Source of the DNA: Selaginella moellendorffii
Lineage: Eukaryota; Plantae; Lycopodiophyta
Direction: 5' to 3'
NCBI RefSeq assembly: GCF_000143415.4
Contig: NW_003314356.1
Span: 186,001-250,000, forward strand
Length of the DNA: 64,000 nt
The notes beneath the pieces were generated by a model. It saw nothing but the letters and a program-made list of their open reading frames with translations. It did no database searches and was not told the DNA's origin. Of this stretch, positions 1 through 12,789 are shown one piece after another (position 1 is the stretch's first letter; each line of letters opens with the position of its first letter). A program made the position numbers and the translations under genes.

Positions 1-780
1 GTTAGTATTACTTTATAAAATAGTTTATCGTTCGATGAGGACATTGAACTTCGTCTATGGGTGGTGGAGTTGTGAGACACAAAATCTCTAGGTCCCAAAG
101 TGGAGCCGAAAGGGTGCCATGTGGTAGTGGCCGAAGCGAAAACCAAATGAGCGTAACACGTTTGGACTAAAAGCTTTGACTTGAAAGGTCGAGAGCGGGA
201 GTGGAACTCCCAACGAAGTGCTCAAGGAATAAGCACAAAACAAGCAATAAGTGAGTCTCTAGAAAAGGGACATAAGAGGACCTGACATGGAGTCTGAGAT
301 GGACTCGAGATGGAGTCCGTGATGGACCCAAGATGGAGTCTGAGATGGAGTCTGAGATGGACCCGAGATGGAGTCTGAAATGGAGTCCGAGATGGACCCA
401 AGATAGAGTCCGAGATGGAGTCTGAGATGGAATCCGAGATGGAGTCCGAGAAGGACCCGAGATGGAGTCTAAAATGGAGTCTAAGATGGACCCGAGATGG
501 AGTCCGAGATGGAATCTGAGATGGAGTCCGAGAAGGACCCAAGATGGAGTCCGAAGTCGAGACCGAGACCGAGACTGAGACCGAGGCCGAGGCCGAGACC
601 GAGCCCAAGCCCGAGTCTGAGTCCGAGTCCAAGTCCGAGTCCAAGTCCGAGTCTGAGTCCGAGTTCGAGTCTGAGAGGGTGAAAGCCCAAAGCATTCGTC
701 TCCCAGACCCTGGGGGGTTTGGTGAGCTCCAAAAGTATAGTAGGGGGAGGACTGTAGTGGAGCCAGTTTGGCTAGGAAAG
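1..780 (+). mobile_element. 3' end of a family-A LTR retroelement: internal end, PPT and truncated 3' LTR (71-780)
   Basis: gatgaggacattgaacttcgtctatgggtggtggagt followed by TGTGAGACAC at 71 matches the internal/3'-LTR junction at 8759-8805. LTR similarity stops at 780. Confidence 0.85.
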
Positions 781-1169
781 TGTAAGCCACAAATTTTTCC
801 TTTCCAATTTGCCAGCTTACCTCATCTATCCGACCAACACTGCCTTGGCTTGTGCTAAGTTCCCTTGCCAAGGTTCTCGCCTATTGAACCAGCTCCTACT
901 TGGTCCTACTTGGTTTCAGCTATTCACTGCACGAGTAATGGAGTGTTAGCCATCCATCTACGGATTCCCAAATCTCTCCCAATCTCCCTCCCCGGGTTAG
1001 ATTGGACTTAAGGTTCGGCTACACTTCCCGCAGGCACAAGCAGCCAAGCACACCAAGCCTTCAGGTTCCTAACACCCCTTGGTACAACAAGATTTGATCA
1101 TGGGACCCTCTAAATCCCAAGCCTTGGGTGCAGCACTTGCTTCGGGACGTCGGGGCGAAACACTGTGGC
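781..1169 (-). mobile_element. Terminal fragment of a family-B LTR in reverse orientation
   Basis: Starts TGTAAGCCACAAATTTTTCCTTTCCAATTTG and is the reverse complement of the LTR end at ~46570-46958. Confidence 0.8.
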
Positions 1170-1403
1170 TGTGAGACACAAAATCCCTAGGCCCCAAAGT
1201 GGAGCCGGAAAGGGTGCCACGTGGTAGTGGCCGAAGCGAAAGCCAAACAAGCATGACACGTTTGGACTAAAAGCTCCGACTTGGAAGGTCAAGAGCAGGA
1301 GTGGAACTCCCAACAAAGTGCTCGAGGAGCAAGCACGAGGCAACCAATAAGCAAGGCTCCAAAAAGGGACCCAAAAAGGACCAACACATGACATGTGGAA
1401 GTG

Positions 1404-1766
1404 TCCGAGATGGAGTCTGAGGCAGACCCGAGATGGAGTCCGAGATGGACCCGAAGTGGAGTCCGAGATGGACCCGAAGTGGAGTCCGATATGGAGTCCG
1501 AAGTGGAGTCCGAGATGGAGTCCGATCTGGAGTCCGAGATGGACCCGAAGTGGAGTCTGATATGGAGTCTGATATGGAGTCCGAGATGGAGTCCGAGATG
1601 GACCCGAAGTGGAGTCCGAGATGGAGTCCGAGATGGACCCGAGATGGAGTCCGAGATGGAACTGAGACCGAGATCGAGGCCGAGATCGAGGCCGAGACCG
1701 AGTCCGAGTCCGAAACCGGGACCGAGACCAAGTCCGAGTCCGAGTTCGAGCCCGAGTCCGAGTCTG
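1404..1766 (+). repeat. LTR-internal tandem array (GATGGAGTCCGA/GATGGACCCGA 11-12-mers, then GAGTCC/GAGACC hexamers)
   Basis: Directly visible. The same array with different copy number occurs at ~287-673, ~9028-9326 and reversed at ~18240-18980. It generates the spurious SD/RP-rich ORFs. Confidence 0.9.
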
Positions 1767-2288
1767 AATACTAATACAGGCAGTTGGGTGAAAGCCCAAA
1801 GCGATCGTCCCCCAGGGGGGGGGGCTGCGGGGGGTTCCAAAAGTATAGTAGGGAGAGTGTGGGGGTTGGAGCCCAGTGGAGCCAGTTTGGCCAGGAAAGG
1901 CCAGTTTGGCCCAGGAAGGCCAGACCCAGTGTTGGGTGATGAGCTGACCACTGGGAAGTCCAAGACTAGAGTGAACACGGACTGACAAGCGGGGTAGCTT
2001 GGTGAAGTGTTCAAGAGCCGGCTCTAGTTCCCCCGGGAGATTGACTGGCCGATGTTCCCAGTCCAAGTGTGGGTGGCACTACCTACTTGGATACCAGGCG
2101 TGGCTCAACGGAACCTCACTCTAAGCCCATGGCTAGAGCACCCAAGGGCAGAAGGCGGGGAGAGTACCCAGGTGGCTCGCGTAAGGCCACGGTGTTCCGA
2201 AATGTTGTCCCAAAGGCCCAGACTGTGGAAAGGAAGAGGAGCAGTCCTCTGGGGTAGTGACCAAGGACACAGTCGTGTGGTGAGGAAG

Positions 2289-4160
2289 CATAGTTACGAA
2301 CACGAACACAGAACACGAACACGAGCCTCAGATTTCAGGAACCCGAACACAAAACACGATCACGGCCCACGACGGCTCACGAATATTCTACTGAATATTC
2401 TAAGAATATGTTATTTAAAAATTATATTCTATTTCTTATTATATTATTATAGGAATATGCTATATTTTATTATATTATTCTTAATATTTTTATTTGCACA
2501 TAAACTACTTCACACTTTTAAACTACTCAAATATCCTGCATCTCATCGTCATCTTCAACCTCATGATCTTCGACCTCACGATCTTCGACATCATCTCCAT
2601 CTTCCTCTTCCTGTCCTGACTCAAGCTCGTCTTCAGGATGAGGAACTGTCTCCAGGACTTTGTAGCTTACAAACTTGTCGTAATCACGATCATTTTTGCA
2701 GGTTAACAACCTGGTGTTGCAAGCCACAAAAACCAGATCCGCTGTCCTGTCCATGGTAAGTCTGTTCCTCTTTTTTGAAGAAACATGCTCGAAAGTACTG
2801 AACAATCTCTCCACTGAGGACGACGAGCATGCCTGACTTAGAACTCGAATGGCCAACTTCTGAAGATTCTAACGATGGTTTCTAATGAAGATCACCAAAG
2901 ACTTTCCACGCTCCAGAAGTGTTGCCATCCATGGAAGTACACCGAAGTCTTTCAAGGCATTGTTCAAGCAATGGGCAAAACATGCTGCCCATTGAATTTT
3001 CGGGTACCTCTGTTGCAAAAGTGCTGCTGCTGCTCTGTTTGCATTTTCCCCATCGGTCACAACCATGACAACGTTCTCTGCACCTACAATGTTAATGCCT
3101 TCTTCCCAGCAGCGCAGAGTATTTTCAGCTGTTTTTCCTGTTAAGGAAATGTCGATAGCCTTCAAAAAAGCTCCTCGTCCTTGACTATATGCCACAAGCC
3201 CCATGATATGCCGATTCCTCCTATCTGCCCACCCGTCTGCGCATATGGTTGCACCCCTCTGCTCCCACTACTTCCTCAAGGACGCCATCTCAATGTCAAT
3301 GAATCGTTTCTCTTTCACCAAAAGCTTATCCCGGAGATCATCATATTTTGGTGGTGCATAAGGCACACCATGCCTGGCAACTTCCTGTATCATGTTGAGG
3401 AAGTAAGGTGACCGAGCCTTGACAAATGGAATGTGTTCATTCCAGAAAAATCTTCCGATAGCCACATCAACTCGGTTCTTCCGCTCAGGATCCATCGAAT
3501 CAACAATATGGACTTGACTCTGTTTGCTAAAAAACAGGGAACTGCAGCCACTTCCACTTGACTGGGATGATACCACCGGTGGAAATCCTTGGACATTGCC
3601 ATCCATTCTCATAGAAGCACCACCAGATTCATTTGGCCGTTTCTTCCCCCTTGCCCCTTTCTCGGAATCAATAACCTTTTGCATATTGAGCAGATCCGCT
3701 TTCTTGTTACCTGGGATGAGAGGACAACTCACAATATCCTTGCTGCCTGGGCCTTCTCCTAACAGATGAGCTCGCACACGATCAACACCACTCAGTTTGT
3801 TCACCATTGGGCAGTATTTGCATGACCATAATTTGTGGCTATGCCCCCTGCTCTCAAGAACACTTACCTCATCCCACCATCGCGAAGAAGGATGCTTTCG
3901 CAGTATGTTGGATTGCTGCGCCATGCTTGTTTGCCTTGGATTGCTGCTGTTGTGCCCTGAAATGGTGCGCCCTGGCTGGATTGTCGTGTGATGCCGTGCA
4001 CCCTAAAACCAGAATATTCCGCGCGAGAATATTCTGAACAGTGGTCCGTGTTACTAACACGGACCACTGTTCACGAACACGGCCGTGGGAACACGACCCA
4101 TGGCCGTGTTCGTGAAACACGGTGAACACGGCCGGGATCCCGGCCGTGTTCGTAACACGG
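2289..4160 (-). mobile_element. Internally deleted hAT DNA transposon
   Basis: 8-bp TSD TGAGGAAG at 2281-2288 and 4161-4168 (single copy in the 3' LTR). Imperfect TIRs CATAGTTACGAACACG / CCGTGTTACGAACACG; subterminal GAACACG repeats. Confidence 0.93.
2527..3924 (-). pseudogene. hAT transposase pseudogene (BED finger, DUF659-type catalytic region, C-terminal dimerisation domain)
   Basis: One frame: WSCKYC...RVRAHL, TICADGW, VTDGE, CFAHCLN, SSSVERLFS. In-frame stops near 3268 and 2869; the segment between IRNHR and LAIRVLSQ is deleted. Confidence 0.9.
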
Positions 4161-4672
4161 TGAGGAAGTCCCAGAGGACCGTAGGACTTAGTGGTCGGGC
4201 TTGTGGGCCTCGATCCAGTGGCAGTGTTGGCAAACACGGCCAGGGGCAGAAAGGGACTTAGTGGGGACTGATAGAGGGATATTGGGGAAGGCTATTCCCC
4301 ATGTCGGTGGGCATCCTAAGGATGCTAAGGAGTGGATCCGAGATGACCACTCATGGATGGTTTGCCTAGTATTGGAGAGCCAAGACTGTGATACAAGTGG
4401 TATTGGACTACCAGTGTGGCAAAGGTGATTGGGCATGGCCTTAGCGTAACAGGCTGCCATGTCGGTGGTACTTTTGAGTGTCGGTCATGGGATCGGACAC
4501 GTGGAGCACTTGGACCAAGTGCAAATGTTGAGTGGCATGGATGCCATTCTCGAGGCTAGCAAGTCCCAAGTCCTGAAATGGACTTATGGAGGTTGTGATT
4601 GAGACTCCTCCAAGTGGTCGGAGGTGTGGTTAAGTGACTAAAGTAGAATGGAAAATTTAGTCGCTTACAATT

Positions 4673-4684
4673 TGGTATCGGAGC
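4673..4684 (+). other. Primer-binding site (tRNA-iMet type)
   Basis: TGGTATCGGAGC, 3 nt after the 5' LTR end; near-canonical TGGTATCAGAGC. Confidence 0.85.
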
Positions 4685-7600
4685 TGTTCCTTAGTCCGAC
4701 TTTTATTGGTGCTCAAGTATTTCACCATTGATATTGGCATTGAAAGGTCCTAGGAGTGGGTTTATCCTTGAGGAGTAGCATGCCGAGAGGACATGGCTCT
4801 CCACTCAAGTTCATGCGTGACTTGGGCGCGATGTGGTGGATAGAAAAGGGGCCGGTAAGGGAACGACTTTAGGATCTTGGGAACAGTATATGGTTTTCCT
4901 TAGAGAGTTGAGGATGTGATCCAGATGAGCGTTTGACTCAGTAAATGGCTAATGTAGTTGTGGTAAACAACTAAAGTTGGGATCACGGGAAAGATAAAGA
5001 CTCCAAAGCAATAAGGGAGTCACAAGATTATCCTCATATAGTTGAGGTTGGTGCTCATGAATGTGAAACCAGAAGTAATGACTGTGGGAGGTCAAATACG
5101 GAAGAGGACTCAAGTCCTTGAAATGGTAGCCGGGGCTACCTTTAATAAATGCTGGAACAACCCAAGGAGTTGGGGGGTGTACTTAGAGATGAGTTGGTAT
5201 TCTCATCACATGGACAAATAGTCCTAAGGGGCAGAGGTTGCCCTAGAGAACAAAAACAAGTGTCAGCGTAACACTTGTGAAAATAGTCCTTCTGAGTAGA
5301 ACAGGAATGTAGGAAGTGTATTCCAGTGAGCTAGTGCCTCACAAGTGGGACCTTACGGGTCTGTGGATTAACCAAGTCCAAAACTGCTGGATGACTCAAG
5401 TAGAGTCAAGGAATGGTCCTAAAAGGACTAATGGAAGCATTTGGACTGAGGTGTGTGGTACCCCACGAAGGATGGGGGGGGGGGATCATAGGATCCAAGG
5501 ATGAGAACAAAGGGTATCTCATCGATGGCAAAAGGTGCCATGCTAAAATCGTGGGAAAAGTGTTCCCAAAAAGAAAACAACTTTGACACAAAGTTGTGTG
5601 TGACTTCTATGGTGTAGTGCTAACAGATGGTTGGCATGAGAAAGAGCGGTATTGGTCGTGGCAAAGACTTAGACACAAAGAAGAAGTGTCATAGAGGTAG
5701 GCTCGTGAAGCCGATGGTGTGGAGACACCAAATGTGCCAAGGCGTGATACCTTGAGGCTATGTTGGTGGGTTCATGAGAACCCCTTGCTAAAGGAATCTC
5801 AATGGAAATGGGAATGGCATAGCCTAAGCGACAGAGCATGCAGTTGGAGTGTGGTGACCCAGATAATGATGGAGGTGTGGAAGCACCAGCAATGAGTTGT
5901 AGGACTTGACAACTATGAGACAACTAAGCAAGAGGTGCAAAATAATTGGTTAAATGGGTAGAAGGTAGCTACCCAAGCCTTCTTAATGGCATAGGAAAGT
6001 TGGACGTACCCTTACGGGGGATAAGTTGCTTATGTTGCGATATAGTAAGTCAATGTCATAAAAGGAAATACTCATTGTCAAGGAAGCCATCATTGGGACA
6101 CCCGAACACTCTAGAACACTAGGAGGTGGTGTTTGATGTCGCAAGGGTAATAAATAAGGCCCAAGGGACTAAGTCCCTAGCGAACGATGGATAGAAGGTG
6201 CTATCCAAATGTCCAAAGGTGGCGGAGACAAGAGAAGACTGTCTACTCAAATTGGACAAAGCCAAAAAGGGAATTTTGGCAAGGCTAGTGATGGGTATGT
6301 AAAGGCCCGTAAGCAACAACGTAATCTTGTTGTGTGGGATTATAGGGTGAGCATACCTGGATTGAGGAACCACTCCCTAGGCTATTGGGTAGGTTCATCC
6401 CTAAGAATACTTGCTAAGGCATGATAGAAAGTGCAAAGCTATCCTCCTGGTCTGGAGGAGAATGACCGAAGGAAATGTGTGAAGCCAAAAGCAAGAAGTA
6501 AGGGGATAGAACTGAACCATAGGAATCGAAGGGCATAACCAAGGTTGGTTATGCCAGCTGGGAGTGGAGAATCAAGTGGGGGCTCAAGGGTGTTGCCGCT
6601 AGCAATTGTGATGCCATGGAGAGTCTAAAATATGGAATTGTCCATGTTAGACTATATGGTAATTGGAAAGCTTGCAAAAAGGGAGGCCTTAGCAAGCTAA
6701 GGGACAGAGTTCCTTCAAGGTTCCCAAAGATGATTCTAGGTAGCTTAGTACCTAGAAAGGCCAAGTGTAAATGGTTCAAGGAACACGCGAAATCAGAGTG
6801 GCGCAGCAGAAGCGTGGTCTTGAAACTTGCTATGAGGCAAGGCTATCAAGGTTAGGGAAGTAGTTCCCGAGTGTTCAAAGAGAGGGCTTTGAACGAAAGT
6901 CGATGACCAAGGGCTTTCACGCTTGTGCAAGAACCATGTTACAGTGGTCGGAGGACTTGCCAAAACGAGATTGGCAAGTCAGGGGAACAAATGCCCTAGT
7001 TGAAGGTGATAACTTCAAAAGGGGTGTGCCATGGGGCCAAGCATGGAGGAGTCCAAGCATGGAGGAGTCCATGCATGATCACAGACTTGTCAAGTGAGAG
7101 GACTTGGCAGTGTGGAGGAACTAGGTTCCTAAGCTGTGATCTGTAGCGCACTTTGAGTATAAGTTGGTGCACCGGCGTGGGGAGTCACGCCAGGCATCCT
7201 GGGTGATGCCGTCCGTAGATGCATATACGGAGGTTGGGTTCGAGTCCCGACTCTCTAGTGCTTGGGTTCGAGTCCCAACTCACTAGGGCGTGGTGATGGT
7301 TTGGAATATGAGGACACTCATTTTTCGGTGGTCATGGACTCTCAGTGTGGAGACTGGCTTGGGCACACCGCCAAGCGAGGGATGCCTCGGAGTCGTGATG
7401 CACGGTTAGATTGCTTAATGTGGCTCAGCATATCTAACTTGAACACTTTGGTGCAAGTGGCACCAAGGACGTGGTGAATGAGATGGGGACACCCAGTCTC
7501 AGTTGCTATGGACCCTTGGCCGGAAGGGCTGGCTTGGGCGCACCGCCAAGTGTGGGGGATGCCCCTGGGGTCGTAGTTAACAAGTTAAAGGTCTGGAAGA

Positions 7601-8794
7601 CCTAGTGCCTATTGGCAAACCTGTTAAAGTGCCAAGGTGAGATCACTAGGTGATCTTGTGGCTAAATAAGGACAAGGTCCTTGTTTGGGCTAAGGAATAA
7701 GGTTTCTAGTTCAAAGTGTTGATTTGAACTATTGATGATGGTGTGGCTTGGTCAAGGTGACCAAGTGGGAAAAGCACCTTAGGGGAATGGGCTATGTCAT
7801 TGCGATGGCATAGTGTGTCCAAGGAAAATAGTCTCTAAAGAGACCTATGGGAGGGTCACAAAGTTGGGCCGTGGATAGAGCCCACAGCAGAAGATGCTAA
7901 AGAGACTTACTAGGGGTGAACACCCTAGTCTTGGCAAAGCAGAGCCTTTGCTATGGAATCAAAAGAATACCTCAAGGAGAGGGGGTAGAGATTCGGTGTT
8001 GCTTGGTGCAACAATCAACGGATAGGAGCAAAAGATGAGTGGCCAAGATAGGGCCGTGGAATCCCTTGGAAGGAATCCAAGTGGCAAAGTTAGGCGAGTA
8101 ACACTAATGTGTTGGACGCTAACGAACTGCGGGAAAGGAAGTGTGTTTCCAAGGATGGATTCCGAATTGCTCCGATTTGGCGAAAGGGGAAGCTCCAAGA
8201 GAGGGAGCGGTAAGGTAGCCAAATGATAGGGCCATGAACAGCCCTAGCACAAAGTATGATAACTAGAACTTAGTGTCCCAGGGTGGCATGAAATAGAAGA
8301 GAGGATGATGGTGCCCTCGAGTAAAGAACTTCCTAGGATGGGAAGTGGAGTTGCACAAAAGGTGCAAGGCAAGGTGTCAGAGACACCTAGGAAATTGACT
8401 CCAAGAAGTCAAAATTCAAAGTTCCAAAGTGCAAAGGTTATTTCGATGGAAACTGAGACCACTCAAGAATGAGTAGCGGGAATTGAGTTAGAGAAGATGT
8501 CTCTAACAGGTTTAGTGAGAACTGAACCAATAAAAGGAGCAAACCACCCCAAGTGGTAGAATAAGTCTCTATGTTGGAAAGACTATGCTCCTTAGAGGAT
8601 GGGCAAGGCATAGTGAGCCTTTGGTGTCAAACCATTGACGAATATGGAGAAGGCATGGTGATCCTTTGGTGTCAAACCATAGACAGATATTGACTGGGTG
8701 CCAAGGATGGAAATGGTAACACATGCGGGTGTTACTTTATGAAAGGGTTTACTGTTTGATGAGGACATCGAACTTCGTCTATGGGTGGTGGAGT

Positions 8795-10352
8795 TGTGAG
8801 ACACAAAATCCCTAGGCCCCAAAGTGGAGCCGGAAAGGGTGCCACGTGGTAGTGGCCGAAGCGAAAGCCAAATGAGCATAACACGTTTGGACTAAAAGCT
8901 CCGACTTGGAACGTCGAGAGCGGGAGTGGAACTCCCAACAAAGTGCTCGAGGAGCAAGCACGAGGCAACCAATAAGCAAGGCTCCAAAAAGGGACCCAAA
9001 AAGGACCAACACATGACACGTGGAAGTGTCCGAGATGGAGTCCGAGGCGGACCCGAGATGGAGTCCAAGATGGACCCGAAGTGGAGTCCGAGATGGACCC
9101 GAAGTGGAGTCCGATATGGAGTCCGATATGGAGTCCGAAGTGGAGTCCGAGATGGAGTCCGATATGGAGTCTGAGCTGGACCCGAGATGGAGTCCGAGAT
9201 GGAGTCCGAGATGGACCCGAGATGGAGTCCGAGATGGAATCGAGAGCAAGACCGAGGCCGAGACCGAGGCCGAGACCGAGTCCGAGTTCGAAACCGGGAC
9301 CGAGACCAAGCCCGAGTCCGAGTCCGAATACTAATACAGGCAGTTGGGTGAAAGCCCAAAGCGATCGTCCCCCAGGGGGGGGGGAGGCTGCGGGGGGTTC
9401 CAAAAGTATAGTAGGGAGAGTGTGGGGGTTGGAGCCCAGTGGAGCCAGTTTGGCCAGGAAAGGCCAGTTTGGCCCAGGAAGGCCAGACCTAGTGTTGGGT
9501 GATGAGCTGACCACTGGGAAGTCCAAGACTAGAGTGAACACGGACCAACAAGCGGGGTAGCTTGGTGAAGTGTTCAAGAGCCGGCTCTAGTTCCCCCGAG
9601 AGATCGACTGGCCAATGCTCCCAGTCCAAGTGTGGGTGGCACTACCTACTTGGATACCAGGCGTGGCTCAACGGAACCTCGCTCTAAGCCCATGGCTAGA
9701 GCACCCAAGGGCAGAAGGCGGGGAGAGTACCCAGGTGGCTCGCGTAAGGCCACGGTGTTCCGAAATGTTGTCCCAAAGGCCCAGACTGTGGAAAGGAAGA
9801 GGAGCAGTCCTCTAGGGTAGTGACCAAGGACACAGTCGTGTGGTGAGGAAGTCCCAAAGGACCATGGGACTTAGTGGTCGGGCTTGTGGGCCTCGATCCA
9901 GTGGCAGTGTTGGCAAACACGGCCAGGGGCAGAAAGGGACTTAGTGGGGACTGACAGAGGGATATTGGGGAAGGCTATTCCCCATGTCGGTAGGCATCCT
10001 AAGGATGCTAAGGAGTGGATCCGAGATGACCACTCATGGATGGTTTGCCTAGTCTTGGAGAGCCAAGACTGTGATACAAGTGGTATTGGACTACCAGTGT
10101 GGCAAAGGTGATTGGGCATGGCTTTAGCGTAACAGGCTGCCATGTCGGTGGTACTTTTGAGTGTCGGTCATGGGATTGGACACGTGGAGCACTTGGACCA
10201 AGTGCAAATGTTGAGTGGCATGGATGCCATTCTCGAGGCTAGCAAGTCCCAAGTCCTGAAATGGACTTATGGAGGTTGTGATTGAGACTCCTCCAAGTGG
10301 TCGGAGGTGTGGTTAAGTGACTAAAGTAGAATGGAAAATTTGGTTGCTTACA
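8795..10352 (+). repeat. 3' LTR of the family-A element
   Basis: TGTGAGACAC...GCTTACA, preceded by atgggtggtggagt (PPT). Confidence 0.9.
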
Positions 10353-10930
10353 AGTAGTTCATCTCTGCTGGTTGTAATGTATGGCTTATATATATAATAG
10401 GATAGCATTGAATAGGCATACTCAGTCTCTCTTGCATCAACACACCTCGAAGACTAATATTAGAAGCATTAACGTATAAAATGAAAGTTTGAGTGTAGTC
10501 AGGATATGCCAAAACCGGAGGAGTTGTCAATAGCTCATGAACGCCCATACACAATCCACACACTAGATGAAAGATGATGTTGATGATTTTAAAAACGCTC
10601 TCAACAGTGCAGTGTGATCAGAAAGATGATTCATAAAACAATCTAGATAATTCACTTTGCCTAGGAAGTGTTGCATATCATTCACACACTTCAGAGTAGG
10701 AAACTTTAGAAAAGCCACAAATTTGTTAGCATCAACTTGCAAACCCTCATGAGAAATATGGTACCCTATGTCCTTTGAGCCAAACAACACTTTGACCACT
10801 TTAGTTTTCAATCAACCTCTTGTAGTTAATCTAACACTTTACGAACATTATGGACGTGTTCCTCCCACGTCCCCTCTGAGTGGATTGAGACATCATCAAT
10901 GAAGTCAGCTAATAATTTTGAAACCTTATC
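10353..10930 (-). pseudogene. Degenerate Ty3/Gypsy RT-RNase H fragment
   Basis: FIDDV (YxDD-like), QHFLGKVNY, LTTPPVLAYPDYTQTFILYVNAS, YISHTLQPAEMNY; frameshifted and cut by the LTR at 10352. Confidence 0.85.
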
Positions 10931-11109
10931 TAAACTCTTTGCCACCATGTAACAATCCTCACCATTGCTTTGGAGTGTCACAAATATGGATCATTGAATT
11001 GAGAGTATCTACCATGAGTAAAAATGAATATTCTTAAAATGGAATATATGATGCCAATGCCAAAATAGCAACTTTAAATAAGGAGCATGACTAGTAGAGA
11101 CCCCAACTT

Positions 11110-11380
11110 CACTGGGAGATATAGCATACCAAGATAAATAAATCATCTTTTCTAATTTTACAATGTTAGACATTTTAATTGTATACAAGGTTAGATTTAT
11201 CTAAAAGTTTTTACTATTCATCTCCAGAAAAATGCATAATAATGCACTATATAATAAAGCAAGTGTTGGGGAAGATAAGATCATTTTTCTTATCATCATT
11301 AAATTTGAATTAAATTTTTTAATTGCCTTTTTAAAGAGGTGCACAACCCTACACAAATCCACAAGATTTCTGCCATCTTT
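11110..11380. repeat. Left arm of a diverged AT-rich inverted repeat; right arm at ~17075-17201 plus 19212-19535
   Basis: aagtgttggggaagataagatcattttt (11261) is the reverse complement of aaaaatgatcttatcttccccaacactt (~17164). ctgggagatat and ttgtatacaaggtta match reversed sequence at ~19255-19535. Confidence 0.65.
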
Positions 11381-12789
11381 AAAAGCAATTGAATTTTCAT
11401 AAAAACAAAGAATTATAGGCTACCAAACTAATAATAGGTTAGTTTGAAAAATATTTAATTTTAATTGCATACTGTGTTGAATTTATTTTATGTGAATTGT
11501 AATGATGCCTCTAACATGCATAGTTTAATAATGAATAATAGAATTTCTATTATGTGTCTGGTTTTACATTTAAAATATACATAAGTAAATTTATCTAGTT
11601 TGCTACCACATTTATATTAAACCTTATAAGCTGGATATAATAAGAAAATATAAACTGAAAAAAACTAAAAAATATATAATAGATACTTGCAACACAAGAG
11701 ATGGTAAAATTCTTCATACATTTTATATATATAAAGCCAAAAGTTTTGTATTGTTTGAGTAAATTCCTAAATTTAGACTTTTTGGGAGGTCATCCATACT
11801 ACTACTACTACCCCCTACTACTAAAACCTTAAGATGCTTAACTTGTAGTATCTTAAAAGGCTTAACCAATTGGAAAAGAATGTGCAATTTTGTTTAAAAA
11901 ACATTTCCCTTTATATTTGAACTCTTATATATCATTTTTTTTAGTTGTTCTTTTTGGTTGCATATGATTCACTATGCTTCTTTGCAAATTGATAAACAAA
12001 AGTTCAAAACTGTAGTTTTCTCAAGAGCACTGCCCTCTTGACATCTTACCCTTGGGTTTAACTTAGCCAGAGCAAAATGGATTACCAAATGTAAATCTCA
12101 ACTCGATGACACAGCAAAAGTGTCCATGCCAACATCAATCCTAGAGGCCCCACCTCGATCAGGCTGCTCACATTCTAGAATTTCCACTTGATCATCGCCA
12201 CCATCTTCACTCAGATTGGGACTTAGCATGAAAGTAGTGATATTTGTCGAAATAAATGCTACCTTCTTCACAAATGACAAACATCATTGGTGTTGTTCAG
12301 ACTGAGAAGCAAGAACGAATGTTGGAGTTTTGTACTTGTGTTTGCAAGTGAATCCAAGTGTTCCCTCATTGGCCTGGCATACTCACAATCCGTCCAGCTG
12401 CTCGCCTAAAGAGATCGCAGGATTTTGTAACTTTGTTTCATCATTTGGTTTTACTGTTCCTTTGAAAGATTGAATCAGCACCTCACCACAGCTGAGAACA
12501 GTTTGAACCAGCTGTGTTCTGGCACATAAGGAAATTGGTATGCTATTCATATGGAATCACGTCAAGGAGTGAGCGACTGAAACTAAGATTTTCACCAAGA
12601 CAAGAACAAGAACAAGAAAATGAAATAAAATTACCAGTCCTCCTCCCTGGGTTTTAAATGGTGATTATTCAGACAACAGTCATGCTCTGGCATGGAATTG
12701 AAGAGAACTCAACATTCTTCCAAGTGATCTAGCTTCTGGGTCTCAACAACAATTGGTTTTGTTGAGGCATACTTCTAAAAAGCCTCCAT

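Larger units (their letters stand above)
1170..4669 (+). repeat. 5' LTR of the family-A element (interrupted by hAT at 2289-4160)
   Basis: TGTGAGACAC...GCTTACA; colinear with 8795-10352 once the hAT insert is removed. Confidence 0.9.
1170..10352 (+). mobile_element. Family-A non-autonomous (LARD-like) LTR retrotransposon with an hAT insertion in its 5' LTR
   Basis: Two highly similar TG...CA LTRs (1170-4669, 8795-10352), PBS at 4673, purine-rich tract before 8795. The ~4.1-kb internal region has no ORF of 100 aa or more. Flanks differ (gtggc vs agtag), so no TSD. Confidence 0.9.

Noticed and set aside
167-2066. Long Ser-Asp/Arg-Pro-rich ORFs resembling SD-repeat adhesins (also 8732-9577 and 18108-19152)
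   Set aside because: They are translations of the LTR tandem array, open in several frames on both strands.
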